A DNA stretch of 58,191 nucleotides, filler included, from Perkinsus olseni (taxonomy: Eukaryota), in the NCBI GenBank assembly GCA_013115125.1. It is 4 parts of 4 records of this genome, joined end to end, with 100 filler letters (N's around TTAATTAATTAA, not from the genome) between each part and the next. Parts side by side here need not be neighbours in the genome. Positions count along the whole stretch, not along the records: positions 1 to 14,516 come from JABANN010000728.1; 3 more parts are not named here. One strand, given 5' to 3'. Both the position numbers and the translations under genes were made by a program. Positions 1 to 11,912 of the stretch are shown piece after piece. A model generated the notes under the pieces. The model was not told where the DNA came from and made no database searches. It saw only the letters and a list, made by a program, of their open reading frames with translations. Positions within the stretch are counted from its first letter, which is position 1; every line of letters starts with the position of its first letter.

Positions 1-640
1 TGTGTTCTTATCTTTATTATTGGTAAAGCCTGGTCAAGTAGTAGTGCGATCCACTTCCCTACGTACCTTGACATAGCTTTTTTGTGCGGAAGGTATTGTG
101 CAGGTCACGCGGCGGCATCCCTGCAATGATGTCGGTCAGCGGAAGGCGAAAGCGTACAGGCAATGGAACTCCGGTAGACTTCACGCTTTCGAAAGCGGAA
201 CAATTTGTAAAGAATCTTGGAACGCGTGTCAACTAAGGCTTATTCAGGGGTGCATTAAGCGTGCACCATATCGCCCACGGACTCGGACAGTGACACCGAC
301 GGCATCCTTTCAGGATAGAAATGCTTGTGCGCAGACGAGGTTATCGCTCGCCCATCGCCATTGTCGGATCGCGGACTCGGCATAGTGGTCCATGAGCAGT
401 CGAGATGTAGTCGTCTACTCGCGTGAACGGTTTCAGAGCTCAAGAGCTCAACTGTGCCCTACTCGATACCAAGAAGATCAGTGGGATGGTGAACGCGAGT
501 TCAAGTGATGGTGTTCACGCTCGTCAACCACAAAGGCCGATCGACTCCTGAGTATACTCGAACTCAACGACTCTCAGGTTGCCAACAACGAAGAGTATCT
601 TTCAAGTTTGGATACCACCAAGATATGCAGCACAGCTTGA
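1..640 (+). CDS. 3' part of an unidentified spliced gene (hypothetical)
   Basis: Several cag acceptors followed by short open frames; the last exon reads VANNEEYLSSLDTTKICSTA* after ctctcag (577). No family recognised. Confidence 0.3.
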
Positions 641-676
641 CGTCGCAATTTTACTATGACCATGCAGACACCGCTA

Positions 677-2348
677 TCAAAATTTCTGAAAGAGGAGTTG
701 GTCTCTGTCGTTAATGCTAGGTGTTGAGCCTTCCGACGATTCAGGGTACCTATGATCATACCCCTCCTTTCGCAAATCACACAGCACACTGAGCTCACTT
801 GTCGAACATCGATGTATCGTCTTCTCCTCTGACTTTCGGTATGAAAGGTGGAGCCAACTGCCGCGCCAAGACCTGCTCCCACTCGGCTCCCTTGAACCTG
901 TGGTGAGATTGTCTTGGCGTCTGCTTTGTGCACTTCTGAAACTAATATCTTAGCTCAGCACGTGCTATCTCAAGCTACTAAACTCCGAGTTAGTGGCAAG
1001 GTCCGATTGAAGACTAATCATCCTCAATAACTTCGTGTGAGTTGAGTGGCGGTGATGAACAAGAAGATTCGCTACAAACCCAGTAATCGCGGCCGACTGT
1101 ACAGACAACGCACTCGAAAGATTCTCACCATTTGTGTTTCTTGATATCATCAGCCCCATTCTTAAGACAACCAAATCGTTTGGAACGGTCATGCGCCAGC
1201 AACCGCTTGATGAGGTCCTTCCCTTTCACGTCGAAGTGGCGCGGGAAATCTATCTTCCCCGCCAGGATCTGAGATTCTCAAATCCACACAATCGACACGC
1301 CTGGGCTGCCAACCTTCTGATAAATTCCGAAAGGATTCTCATGATAGAAGGGCGGATAACCCGCAAGCATCTCGAAGATGAGGACTCCGAGGGCCCACCA
1401 ATCGACCGACTTGCCATGGCCTGACGACATGGAAGAAGTCATCGGATATCTCCCCGAGCATCTCCACCTTTCGACTGGATAATTTCCGGTGCTAAGTACT
1501 CGGGAGTTCCACACAAAGTCCAGGTTCGATCTTCAACCACTTTCGCAAAACCAAAGTCGGTGACTTTGACGTGGCCTGACGAATGACGACCGGTCGATGG
1601 AAGTATCGCCGAGGTCCATTCTCTCACCAGTGGAATCAATCAACAGGTTCTCAGGTTTCAAATCTCTGTAGACGATGTTCATGTCTGAGGTAAGCCGAAG
1701 GTCCCAGGTTCGAACCCCGGGAAAGACATACCATGCAAATATTGAAACGCCAGGATGATCTCAGCCGCATAGAACTTCGCATGGTCGTTCGATAGCCGCC
1801 CTTCCTTGCGGAGATGAGAGAACAGCTCCCCTCCATTAACGTATTCCATCAACATGTACAAACGCTTGTCATCCTGGAACGCCGTGAGCCTGAAGTCAGG
1901 GTGCTAGCGGCGTATCTTAGGTTGACCCCTGCATCACTCGGAATAGCTTACAGGTTGACAATATAAGGGTGCTCGATCATAGACAGGATCATCTTCTCCG
2001 CTTTAACATGCTCAACCTGAGGATGGACGCTAAGTAAGACAATTTCGTGGCGCGTGACGCTTACTTGTTTCAATCGAATCACTTCTGATTTTTTGAGCAT
2101 CTTCAGAGCCATCGGTGAGCCATCGTCCGAGTCCTTCAACTTCACCACTCGAACTCTCCCAAACGTACCTGCAGTCGGCCACTTTCTGACACCTCTAGCT
2201 CCACAATAGCTACACCTCACCAGTCCCGACAGTATCGCGCAGCTCGAACGAATTCACACTGAGTGCTCTCCCTTCCAACAGGCCTTTGAAACGAGCTATA
2301 TGGCTCTGAGAAAAACGTCACTGCGCCACGAAATTATTTCACCTCCAT
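677..2348 (-). CDS. PKA-C: cAMP-dependent protein kinase catalytic subunit (AGC kinase), about 10 exons
   Basis: Spliced translation includes [77 protein letters not shown] and C-terminal PPFIPK..DTSMFD..FQKF*. All introns are GT-AG and keep the frame. Confidence 0.96.
1691..1728 (+). pseudogene. tRNA 3'-half fragment (variable loop, T-arm, acceptor strand) inside a 47-nt PKA intron, antisense to the mRNA
   Basis: taagccgaAGGTCccaGGTTCGAACcccgggaaagaca fills most of intron 1685-1731. Confidence 0.75.
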
Positions 2349-2909
2349 CTCACATTGTCAGTGAGCTGATCAGCCGTGGGAGAGTCGGCCAAGATGCTGC
2401 TACCTTTCACTGAAAATGAGCACAGCGAAATCGTTCAACAGAGAGACGCGACCACACACAGTCCACGCCGCGGAAATTCTTATCAATATGTAGGGGCGAG
2501 GCTTCTCAGGGGAAAATTTTCCAAAAAAAAATCATGCAAATTTTTCACAATCTCGCTGAAGAAAGATACTTTTACTGGATCTCTTCATTAGCGCATGGAA
2601 CTCTTAAGGCTCGTCACTTACACGAAGATCCTCCTCCGCCACTTTCAGTCGACTTAGACGATTTCTTGCTACTGCCGAACATTCACAAACGCAGCAAAGA
2701 CCCTACAATGACAGAGATGCTGAAAATTTACGCAATTTAAAATCAACATAAACGACTCGATCTCCATGAGGGACCGCGAGAAGAACTCGAAGCGCGATCT
2801 TAAAAACGTGCAAAGATTCCGCGCATTCGGCCGACTGAAGGTTGTCATTGACAACACTACCAGAAATGACGTTTGAGAAACGTTTCTCGCTCGGTTCAAG
2901 GAACAAAAA

Positions 2910-5482
2910 CTACTCAATGATCTTCAACGACTTTTCAAAACTCACAGAAGCAATCTTGTCATCTCTGAAAAAGCAACAATAACAGCCGCACCCTGGCGAT
3001 CGGAAAGACGAAGATCTTTCTGACACCTCTAGCTGTGAACTTACATCTTGGAGAAGCACATATGCCGAATCGCGCCTCGTTCATGTACTGGTATTGTCAT
3101 CACTTTTTGTTGAGAGAACGTCTCGAATACGGCAAGACTGCCAATGTATGATCCTGAGCAGGAGAATCTTAGGTTGATCCATGCGCTACGCGAGTAGCCA
3201 GGGAAGCAGACGAGGGACAGATCTTGGCAATAGTAATGACATGATGTTACTGACGTACCGCTCTTATCCGTAGTGGTGGAGAGGACGAAGCTTCTATCGG
3301 CCGACACGGCAAGGGAAGGGTTGTCGTACTCGTCGATATCGATTCCGTAGTATCTACAAGGAATTAAGTGGAGCTATTTTGTATCTTGCCCGCGCAACCT
3401 CAAGATATGGTTACGTTCGGATAGGGGAGTGATGGAAGGCTCGGAACAGCAGAAGCTTATGCGCATCAGTGGCACAGAGGATGAAGGTGTGACCGTCCAT
3501 CGACCACGACAACCTGATCACATGGAAGGTCGCGGGTTCGAACCCCAGTGCATGCATTTTACATGTCTCGAATCCTGAAGCTGACATGTCTATCCAACTT
3601 ATGAGGATTCAACGAGTAATCACCAATGTTCTTCAGCGTCTCGCCCGAGTAGTAATGCATGTACCTGGACAGGGCGCATGAGTTCCGAAAGGAGTGGTAT
3701 GCACGAATGCACACGACTTACGGATCATTCTCAATCGCCATAGCCAATACTGGCTCATCACACTCAAGCCACGTAGCGGCAGACACTGGTTGAGCTTGAC
3801 GGAATAACCCAGTCTTTCTCCATTCAAAATCTAAGCACGATGTAAGAAGCGCGCGCCATAGTGATCGATTTCTCTCACCTTGCGTTCCCTCAACACGTGT
3901 CCGTTCGTAAAACTGGACGGTCATGTCGCGACACGCACTGAACAAAAGTAGCTCTCCATCACCCCTAACTTGTGGGTAGAATTGGCAGCGCAGAACCTGA
4001 GAGCGTTGAGGAAATGCAAGATTGCAAGATATAAAAATCTCTCACGTGTGTTTTGGTAGGGTGGGATGACTTGCCAACTTCTTCACCCGTCGCAGCGTCG
4101 AACGCCAACTGAAATCGAGCGGAAATCAAAAAAGGGAAAACCCGCGAGCTCTGAGAGAAACACCGAACTCTCGATCAGCTGCAGGAGATTTACCGGAAGG
4201 AAACAAAAATTGATGGCGATAATGACGCAGTTGGATTCTCCCAGAGAAATCTATCTTCACTCATTAATCATCAATTCTTTCATCAATTCAGAACGATAAA
4301 GTTGGTATCGCTATCCCGGTATCCTCAGGCGATAAACATATTTTGAGGATGGTGATGACGATAAGATGAACGAAAGGTGAGCATGATGCTCATTAATACA
4401 TCTGTGTGTGATACGAAATCGGCATGATAAGGCGTAATGTCGTAATTAACACGGATTTACCCACTATATTATGCCATCGATATCTTAGGTCGAAGCTGAA
4501 CAAATGCAGAGATAAAGATACCTACAACTTCGCCACCCATACACCCAACAGCAATGAATGCACCATCTGGGCTCCAGTCGAGGGACAGTACAGGAGAGGG
4601 GGCGCGGAAGACGAGGCCAGTGGGTTCGATGCCGGCTGAACGAAAATGGATCTTCGAACGTCCAGAGGGACGCTGCATTGGTACCTTCACTGTCCCTCCA
4701 AAGTTTAACTTCTCTATCGGCACCCCCGGTGGCCAGCAACGTCGAGTCCGTTGGATGGAATACCACGCAGGTCGGGTTGGCTCTAGCACCATGTGGAGCT
4801 GTGGTCGAGCGGACTGAGGCAACACTCTCCATCCCCGACCTCTAAACCCGCGCAGGTTCCATCCCACCCTACCGACTGCATGTGGAGTTACTCCAGGCTC
4901 CTTCACGATGCCTTCCAACAGATCCTCCGGTCCTCCTTCCGACTCATCACTATCACCATTGGCCGCGTACTGAGCTGAATACCTGAGCTGGCAAGCATCT
5001 CCCAGGAGAGTGGCAACACGGCCGTCGTCCCCCAAGGCAACTCATTGGCCACCGAAAGACCCACACGAATAGCCCTCTCAGACAGGGGCCCTACTACTGG
5101 ATAATTACCCGCCTACTGCAACCAGGATGAACAGGGTGGTGGTGTCAGTATAACTCATACCACTCCAACCACTCCCAACTTACCACATATCGATGGCCCT
5201 ATCCAAAATGCTGCAGTCGCTGCTGCCTTCGGTGAACTTAATGCCAGATTCACGCTGCAGAGTAGAGAACGCCTCGAGGTACTCGTGCTCCAAAAGATAC
5301 CTAACAAGCTCAACCTCGTGAGAATCTTTGATTCTGTGTTCATCACGGATCAAGCTTGGATACTACTGCAAAATAGCCTGTAACTGCGCATGTTTGGGCT
5401 TCTGCAAAACACCGCTCTCGCTGGATGAGGGGATGGACGCGGCCGCGCCTTCAATGATGATCTCGGGCTTGATGGTGGTCAT
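2910..5482 (-). CDS. LisH-domain WD40-repeat protein, multi-exon
   Basis: Spliced LisH motif LQAILQYLLEHEYLEAFSTLQRESGI. WD blades: CVVFHPTDSTLLATGGADREVKLW, VLSLDWSPDGAFIAVGCMGGEV, LLFSACRDMTVQFY, LSWSMDGHTFILCATD, IASVSFEKSLKIIE*. Confidence 0.85.
3518..3560 (+). pseudogene. tRNA 3'-half fragment with TTTT tail inside a 49-nt WD40-gene intron, antisense to the mRNA
   Basis: tcacatggaAGGTCgcgGGTTCGAACcccagtgcatgcaTTTT fills intron 3514-3562. The flanking exons join in frame (RDM|LSWSMDG). Confidence 0.75.
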
Positions 5483-5635
5483 ATAGGGGAGTCGAACCTC
5501 GCCGTTGAGGAAATGCAAGATTGCAAGATTGCCCACAACCCAACACTTGGTCGTATGATGAACAACGTAGCATGAACATGGCGCCAAAAAATGAGCAACT
5601 AATCGGAACTCCCGAAAAGCAAGTCAGAAGACTTC

Positions 5636-5661
5636 AAAATACCCTCACCAGGGATTGAACC
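5636..5661 (-). pseudogene. tRNA T-loop/3' end fragment directly after the stop codon of the neighbouring gene
   Basis: Minus strand reads TAG-GTTCAATCCCTGGTGAGGGTA-TTTT. Confidence 0.5.
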
Positions 5662-7998
5662 TACGCGGCCTCCGCTCCTTCGGCTTCCTCCTGAGCTGCA
5701 GCAGCCGCTGCCCCTTCGCCATCCGCAGCGGGGGCCTCTTCAACAGCCTGAGAGACACCTTTCTCATCCATCTCTCAACGAGGTCCTGCCTACCTGCTCA
5801 GCTTCAGTCGGCTTCTCGTCGACAACCTCTGCAGCTTGCTCCTCGTTCTTGCTCTCTTGCGATTCCTCAACGGTGGCATCATTCACAGGCTCTTCAGACT
5901 GGCCTCCATCTTGCTCCTGGCCTTCCAACGCTGCATCTCCCTCATTCTTGCTCTCTTGCGATTCCTCAACGGCAGCTTCAGCTGCAGCCTCTTCCTTCTC
6001 ACCCACCCCAGCTTCCTCCTCCTCACCCTCCCCCGACTCCTCAGCCACCGGCTGCGCATCCCCAGAATCTTGTTCATTCTTGCAATCTTGCGATTCCTCA
6101 ACGGCAGCTCCAGCTCCCTCATCACCCCCCGAGTTCTCATACTCGTCATACAACTTGTGTAGCTCCTTCCCACGCAGGCCTTCTACCATATTCCCGCGCG
6201 CCTGTTCAAAATAAAATCGCCAAAAAACTACCACCCGCCGACCAGCATCACCTTCGTTTTGATAGCCTGTGTTTGATAATAGATTTTCTTCAACTCCTTC
6301 TCCGTAGTGCCGGGGAACTTAGACACATCATCGTGGAACAGAGCTTCGCAGATCTGCATGAAGGTGACCACGTCGATCGAGCTTTCTTGGCCCTGAGAGT
6401 AGAAGAAGATAAAGAGACAACACTCGGCGATTCGGGCAAAGAGTCGTATCCACCAAACACGATTTTCATATCATTACCGATTCAGACGGGCCTATCAATT
6501 CTGCGGGGACCCGCAGAGACGCCAATGCATGATTGATCACTGATGAATACGGAATGGCAACCACCTCCTCCAAAACCATACCACATTTCTCCTAATTCTT
6601 CGACACCAGTTGCACTTCTTTCATACTATCAAATGCGCTTAAAAACCAGAATCTCCTATCTTCATGGTCACCAATAAAGCTGCCTTTTCGGCCTACCCAC
6701 CCCGGCAACCGACCAGATCCGAAGTCGAAGGCAACATCATATCAACCGCGCGAGCTTCACCCCTCCCCTCTCTCGAAACACTAAAAGCCCTCCATGACGC
6801 CTGCCCAGCCTGCTAAGAATGGGTACTATGCATGTCGGCTATGATTGCAGGCTTCGAGACCATCTGAGCCCTCATTCGGCCATGTTACACAAAAACGGAG
6901 GCCACAATGTCTTCCATCACAACGCTTTCAGCTCTAACGACGTTTCGAATTCTACGCGAGGATCAGAGCAACTGCCACCCCAACCACTCAAACCTACTAC
7001 CGTTAGATATCTCACGAGTAATATTTTTTGGATTTCAGCGTGAGAAAATTCATAGGGGAACTCTAAAGCCCTCAGAAGCGTAATCGACCGATCGAATTTT
7101 CTTTTCCTGAATCTTGATTTCAGCTTCAGACTTCCCTCAGCTTACCACGTCCCGAGCGTCGCATAAGTATTGGATTTGAGCGTGAACCGGCTGCAACTTC
7201 CCTCCAGCGGTCGCCAACTCGGCCAGGATCCCCTTCACGTATCTTCAGCGGAGGGTAGTTGGTGCTCGGTGAGACGAAGTAACCCCACCTGACAGGCAGC
7301 TTCCCTCCTTCATCCCTGTTCTCCGCCTGGTCGAATTGAGCCGCATAGGTAGGATACTTCTCACGGTACCTTTCCAGTGGATGAAAATAACAATAACAAC
7401 TTTCCGTAAAATCGCTAAAGAATGATAGCCGAGCATGAGCAGCGAACGATGGCGCTGTGAACCAACCGATAAGAGTCAATCCCTACTCACCCTTCCTCGC
7501 CTAACTCCGCCGCTGCAGATGCTTGGCCGTCCGCCGCCGCTTCAGCGCCACTGCTGTTAGCTTCGACCTGAAAACAATATATATAACGAGAATCGAACCC
7601 ACGACCTCGGGATAGTAAACGTGAATTACTATCCGACTGAGCTAAGCCCACTAACATTTAAACGGTGTGGAAAGACGATACCCCACCTGAGTTTCCTCTC
7701 CTCCCGCCTTCTCCTAACAACAAAAGGAAATCCTCCCGCAGCCACGATACCCCCACAAACTACCTCAACATCCGAGTTCAACTGCGGGAGCTCTTCCTGC
7801 GTCTGCTGAGTAGGATCTTCACCGGCCTGTTCGGTCTGACCAACGGCAAGTCGCCCTGCAACTCACTGTAGTCCGACAGCCATCCACTTCTACCGTAATC
7901 GGTTTGGACTCTTCCACTGTTTCTTTAGCATCAGCTGTGTCCTTGGCAGCCACCACTGCATTAGAATTACCTTTAGCGGCAGAAGCCCCGCAGCCCAT
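5661..7998 (-). CDS. Hypothetical protein with N-terminal myristoylation/palmitoylation motif and acidic C-terminal repeats
   Basis: Starts MGCGASAAK; multi-exon; EF-hand-like segment SIDVVTFMQICEALF; three VEESQ(D/E)(C/S)KNE repeats in ORF 5764-6234; ends AEGAEAA*. Middle exons are less certain. Confidence 0.6.
7585..7649 (-). pseudogene. Decayed tRNA-like sequence in intron 7568-7686
   Basis: GGGCTTAGCTCAGTCGG (A box) ... GAGGTCGTGGGTTCGATTCTCG (B box). The anticodon arm is replaced by the hairpin GGATAGTAA-n7-TTACTATCC. Confidence 0.7.
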
Positions 7999-8007
7999 TA
8001 GAGTAAA

Positions 8008-8050
8008 GCAGTGCGGTAATACTGAGAAGAACCCGGGTTCGATTCCTGCC
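8008..8050 (+). pseudogene. tRNA-like fragment with B box just upstream of the MGCGAS start
   Basis: gaagaacccgGGTTCGATTCCtg. A similar cccgggttcgtttccg lies at 8210-8226. Confidence 0.5.
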
Positions 8051-8247
8051 CTTTGAACACCCACAAGAGTGGTCAGGTTTTATATCGGGCCAACGGTAAA
8101 GTCCCGCTCACCTACGTCCGACGACGAAGAGACTTCCGACGGAGACTCGGAAACCAAACAAAATAATCGATTGCAATGGCGAGCGCTTCTTGCAGCATCG
8201 TCAGCGCGCGCCCGGGTTCGTTTCCGTTTTGAAAGGCTGTCATATTC

Positions 8248-10882
8248 ATGACGTTCGTGGATGATGGTGAGCCGATAGAGCAGCTCAAAGCTCCTTCATC
8301 GGCACTGTTAGGTGATCAGTAGCCCACCTCGATGTTTGCATGCTCAACTGGAGGAACTGGAGAGGGCGTTACAGACCCCTCACAACCGTGAGTTACCAAA
8401 GGAGTGGTATGGACACGTCCTGGGTATAATAACCCGCCTGTACAGATCCGATGGGGCGGATCTCTTGTCTTGTCAAGTTGGTTGCAAAGATGCTTTGCCT
8501 CACCCGTCGGTGTCCCAGCCAGCCCATCTTCTTACTGCCATCGTTCTCTCCTGATTTCCCAAAAATGTGGTATCTAATTTATTTCGTTTTTTAATATTGT
8601 ATACTGAATAATGCTTGTATCTGAAGTCAAGATATATCTGATTCTGAGTGTGAAGGAAGAAGCTCGTACAGGTCAAATCCCATGTGTTTCAGTCCGGAGT
8701 GACAAGGACGCCGCCAAGGGAACGATCATCTCACCGACGGGCCGAGGAGGAATCTTGAGGTCGGGACTCGACCTGGCCAGACTTGAGTTCAAAACCAACA
8801 AGTTGGAAGCGCTGTTAGAGGTGCCCTTGGTGGCCTTCCAGTGGGCGTGATTGCTCTCATATGAGCAGGCTAAAGGCCTCAGTGAAGAAACCGAGTCTGT
8901 GAAAAAAGAAGTTGATGAAAAATTTGTGATGTCGAAGTGAGTGATACGTCCGTACGAACGATGGACCACGCGTGGCGCAGGATGCTACCGGATGATGAGA
9001 TCAGGCAGGTTAGCGATTTGACACAAAAGCTAGCGCGGATAGTACAGGAGAGGAAAGAGCAGGAGGGTGAGTCGAGAAGGGGGTGTGAGGAAATGGGAAC
9101 TGGGTTTGGAATGGGTAGAGAAACACTTCAGTTGGGGGAGCATCGGTGGGCTAGGGTTTCGAGTAATCGTATGGTCCCCGGTTTGATTGCTGTTGGCGAA
9201 TATTTTTCGCACGAGTAATTTCACCCGCCCTTCTCAGACGAGACAAACCGACTAGTGCAGGAGCTGAGTATCTCCCAGCTGAAAATAGCGGAGATCGAAA
9301 GAAAACACGGGCGCGTAGCGAAAGACTTCACCGGCAACACTGCCAGTGAACGTCATCACCCGATAGGTGCCCGAAGGGGATGAGCAGCTCCAACCACCTC
9401 CAGAAAATCTCTACGATCTTTACGCTCGGCAAGAGGACCTCGACCGACGCATCCTCCTCCGTGAGCTCGCTAATAGCGACTCTGTAGGAGATGCTCGTGG
9501 GGCGCGGACTAGGAAGAGATGAGTTTCGCCTCAGCCGATGGATCGCCTCGAGGCAGAGAAGTACCACTGGATAACGCACAAGCTGACCGCGGGGCCAGCA
9601 CAGTTCCAAAACGATAGTGAGGATTGGTTCTGTGGAAAGACGTGGGAGTATTGTCGTTTGCATAGAATGGCTGGATGAGCAAATAGAGGAACTGAAGCGG
9701 GCCAGCTTTGAGAAAAACGGAGAGGAAGAGGAAGAGATTGATACAAAGCGATTTCTCGAACTCGCACAGAAACAGCTCATTACCATTAGAGAACGGGTAC
9801 GTTGTTGTGATTCGCCTGTGGATTGTTAGATGTTGGGCAAAGGGTTTGATGGTATCTTCTCGTCCTTGCCAGCGCGAGGCCATTCACGCGAGGAGGGGGA
9901 GGGATGTGGGTGTGAACAGGGGAGATCTCCTGAAGGAGGTCATGTACCCTAACCAGTTCGAGGAGCTCATGTGAGTGCATGGGCGGAGTTCTGATCTGGT
10001 GGAAATGTGGTACGGCGAAGTCGGTCTTGCGGAACCCCCCGATGGAAGAACAGTGGCAGTAGCGGACGATTATGTCTTATTCTCAACCTTGTCCTCGCAT
10101 CTTCCCGTCGTTGCATTAGACCTCCTCTCGGCACGTTCGAATGACTTGAGCACTCGTTCCCAGTTTCCATTTTTCCTCAGAGTCCGAGCTCAAACAGAGA
10201 AACTGTTGATGACTTCACAGACCACGCTAGTCGACAATTACCTAAACTCTCGCAAGGTGCAGTTTGGCGGTGTAGCGAGTTGGACAGGGAGCGCCTTCAG
10301 GGCCGCGAGCTAGATCTACCAATAGCAGATCCAGTCGTTGAGAAGACTTTTCATCCGCCGAAAAAAGACCGCAGGAAGAAGGCCAAGGCATTCCTCTTCC
10401 TCGTTCTACACAAACGCCACTCCCGCCTCTCTTTCAGGCGTTGTTGCACGACCGAGCGGGCCCTAATGATGCTGCTAACGAGGAAGCGTGCGAAACATGG
10501 GCCAAATATGATCCTGCTGTGAGCGTCGAGCCGGTCTGGTGTGCTTTTAATGGGAAACTCGCAGGTTGTGAATCCGATGACACGCGAGGCTCGACAGATG
10601 TTGGACGACCTCAAACGAGAGAAGGAAGAGTGGGTGAAAGTAGCTCTTGAACAGTGGGAAGAAGTTGCAGAAAAAAATGAAGGTGAGAGGCTGTGAAATC
10701 GGGCTGTCTTTTATTTTTATCCGTCAGCTGCAGAGGAGGAGATTATCTGCGATGATGTGCCGTTGCCAGACGAGAGAGTTGCTGATGATGATTCGGTCGT
10801 TTTAGTCGGCATTGACGATCCCCATGAGAGTACTGTTGTTGTGCAGCACGTTGTTGACCATGACGAAAATAATAATGCCTGA
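8248..10882 (+). CDS. Hypothetical coiled-coil protein (one or possibly two multi-exon genes)
   Basis: Series of GT-AG bounded E/K/L-rich exons (ARLEFKTNKLEALLE, EWLDEQIEELKR, RQMLDDLKREKEEW) ending DENNNA*. No family recognised. Confidence 0.5.
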
Positions 10883-11160
10883 TGTGACAAGGATGTTGTT
10901 TTAGTTTTCAGTGTAGTCGGTCAGCAGCTCGCGTCGTACGTGTTTCCGCTCCGTGTGGACGAGGTAACAGTCCAATGCAACTACCGTGAGGGTGTATCAG
11001 GGTATACAGGCTCTCATCCCGAAGCTCATTCGGCGGTCGCACTAGTATCGTACTCATACCTCTCGACCTTCATACTAGGGCCGGCCACGGTTGACCAGCA
11101 GCCACTAACGCAACTCTGGTCGAGTAGACATCAACAACACCCTTGCCACACATACACCCG

Positions 11161-11912
11161 TCAATGTCTTCTTGGACGCTTTCCCTCCCCCTCCTCATCT
11201 CTCATCTTTCTCTTGTGCGAGGACCGAGAGGCCTCCTTACGTTCCTTCTTGCTTCTTATTTTCTCAATCTCATGCAACATGTCATCTCTGACACTTTCAT
11301 AGAACGCCGTCAGCCAGCTCAAGCCTCGAAAACGGCCCACGTACTTCCCCGGGGGGTTGTCGATCAGCTCCTCGGCAATGCTGATGCATCGTTTCATATT
11401 CGTGTGCACGTCCGTGCTGTTCTTCAACGCGTTGCTCATCAGAATTTCCTTGCTCGTTTCAGAGAGCATCCTCCAGGGCGAAAAGCGCTGCATCTTCTCA
11501 CGGCGTCGAGTCCTACCACTCCTTGTCCAACTCCCAGGCTTAGCTACTATCAGTAGGACGTCCTCGTCTGTGAACTCCCTGAAAGGGATTCTGCGGAATA
11601 CGGGTGATGTCGCAGCGACCTCACACGGTGTATGAGTAACCATGGACTGAGTCCGACAACCACGATGTAGCGAGGCCATCTCTTTCATTGATTTTAACGG
11701 TGTACGACAAGAAGGGTTTACTTTGATAAAAGGCACACTCCAGTCTCTCGGTGGGGCTGACCATGATCTGAACAAGAGGGCAAGTAGGGAGAGGGTCTAA
11801 GGTGATATCGTCGTACTCTCTCATCTCTCAAGATCCTACCATCGAAGATGCGGGCAGTGGACGACGCAACCGATCCGACGGTAGAGGCGAAGAGAATAAA
11901 GTTGGAGACCAT
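11161..11912 (-). CDS. Hypothetical protein, possible signal peptide and basic C-terminus
   Basis: ORF 11161-11775 with a helical core and KKERK..KRPRRH tail. An upstream frame begins MVSNFILFASTVGSVASS. Confidence 0.4.

Noticed and set aside
898-1128. Possible box C/D snoRNA in the long PKA intron
   Set aside because: I found no canonical RTGATGA box, terminal stem or recognisable guide.
1522-1533. GGTTCGA B-box-like hits here and at ~51458-51468 and ~57633-57643
   Set aside because: They lie in conserved coding sequence (PKA DRTW, the CUE domain, VPS26 SGFDL) and lack other tRNA context.
5655-6536. 293-aa plus-strand ORF
   Set aside because: It is the antisense shadow of the acidic repeat exons of the minus-strand gene.
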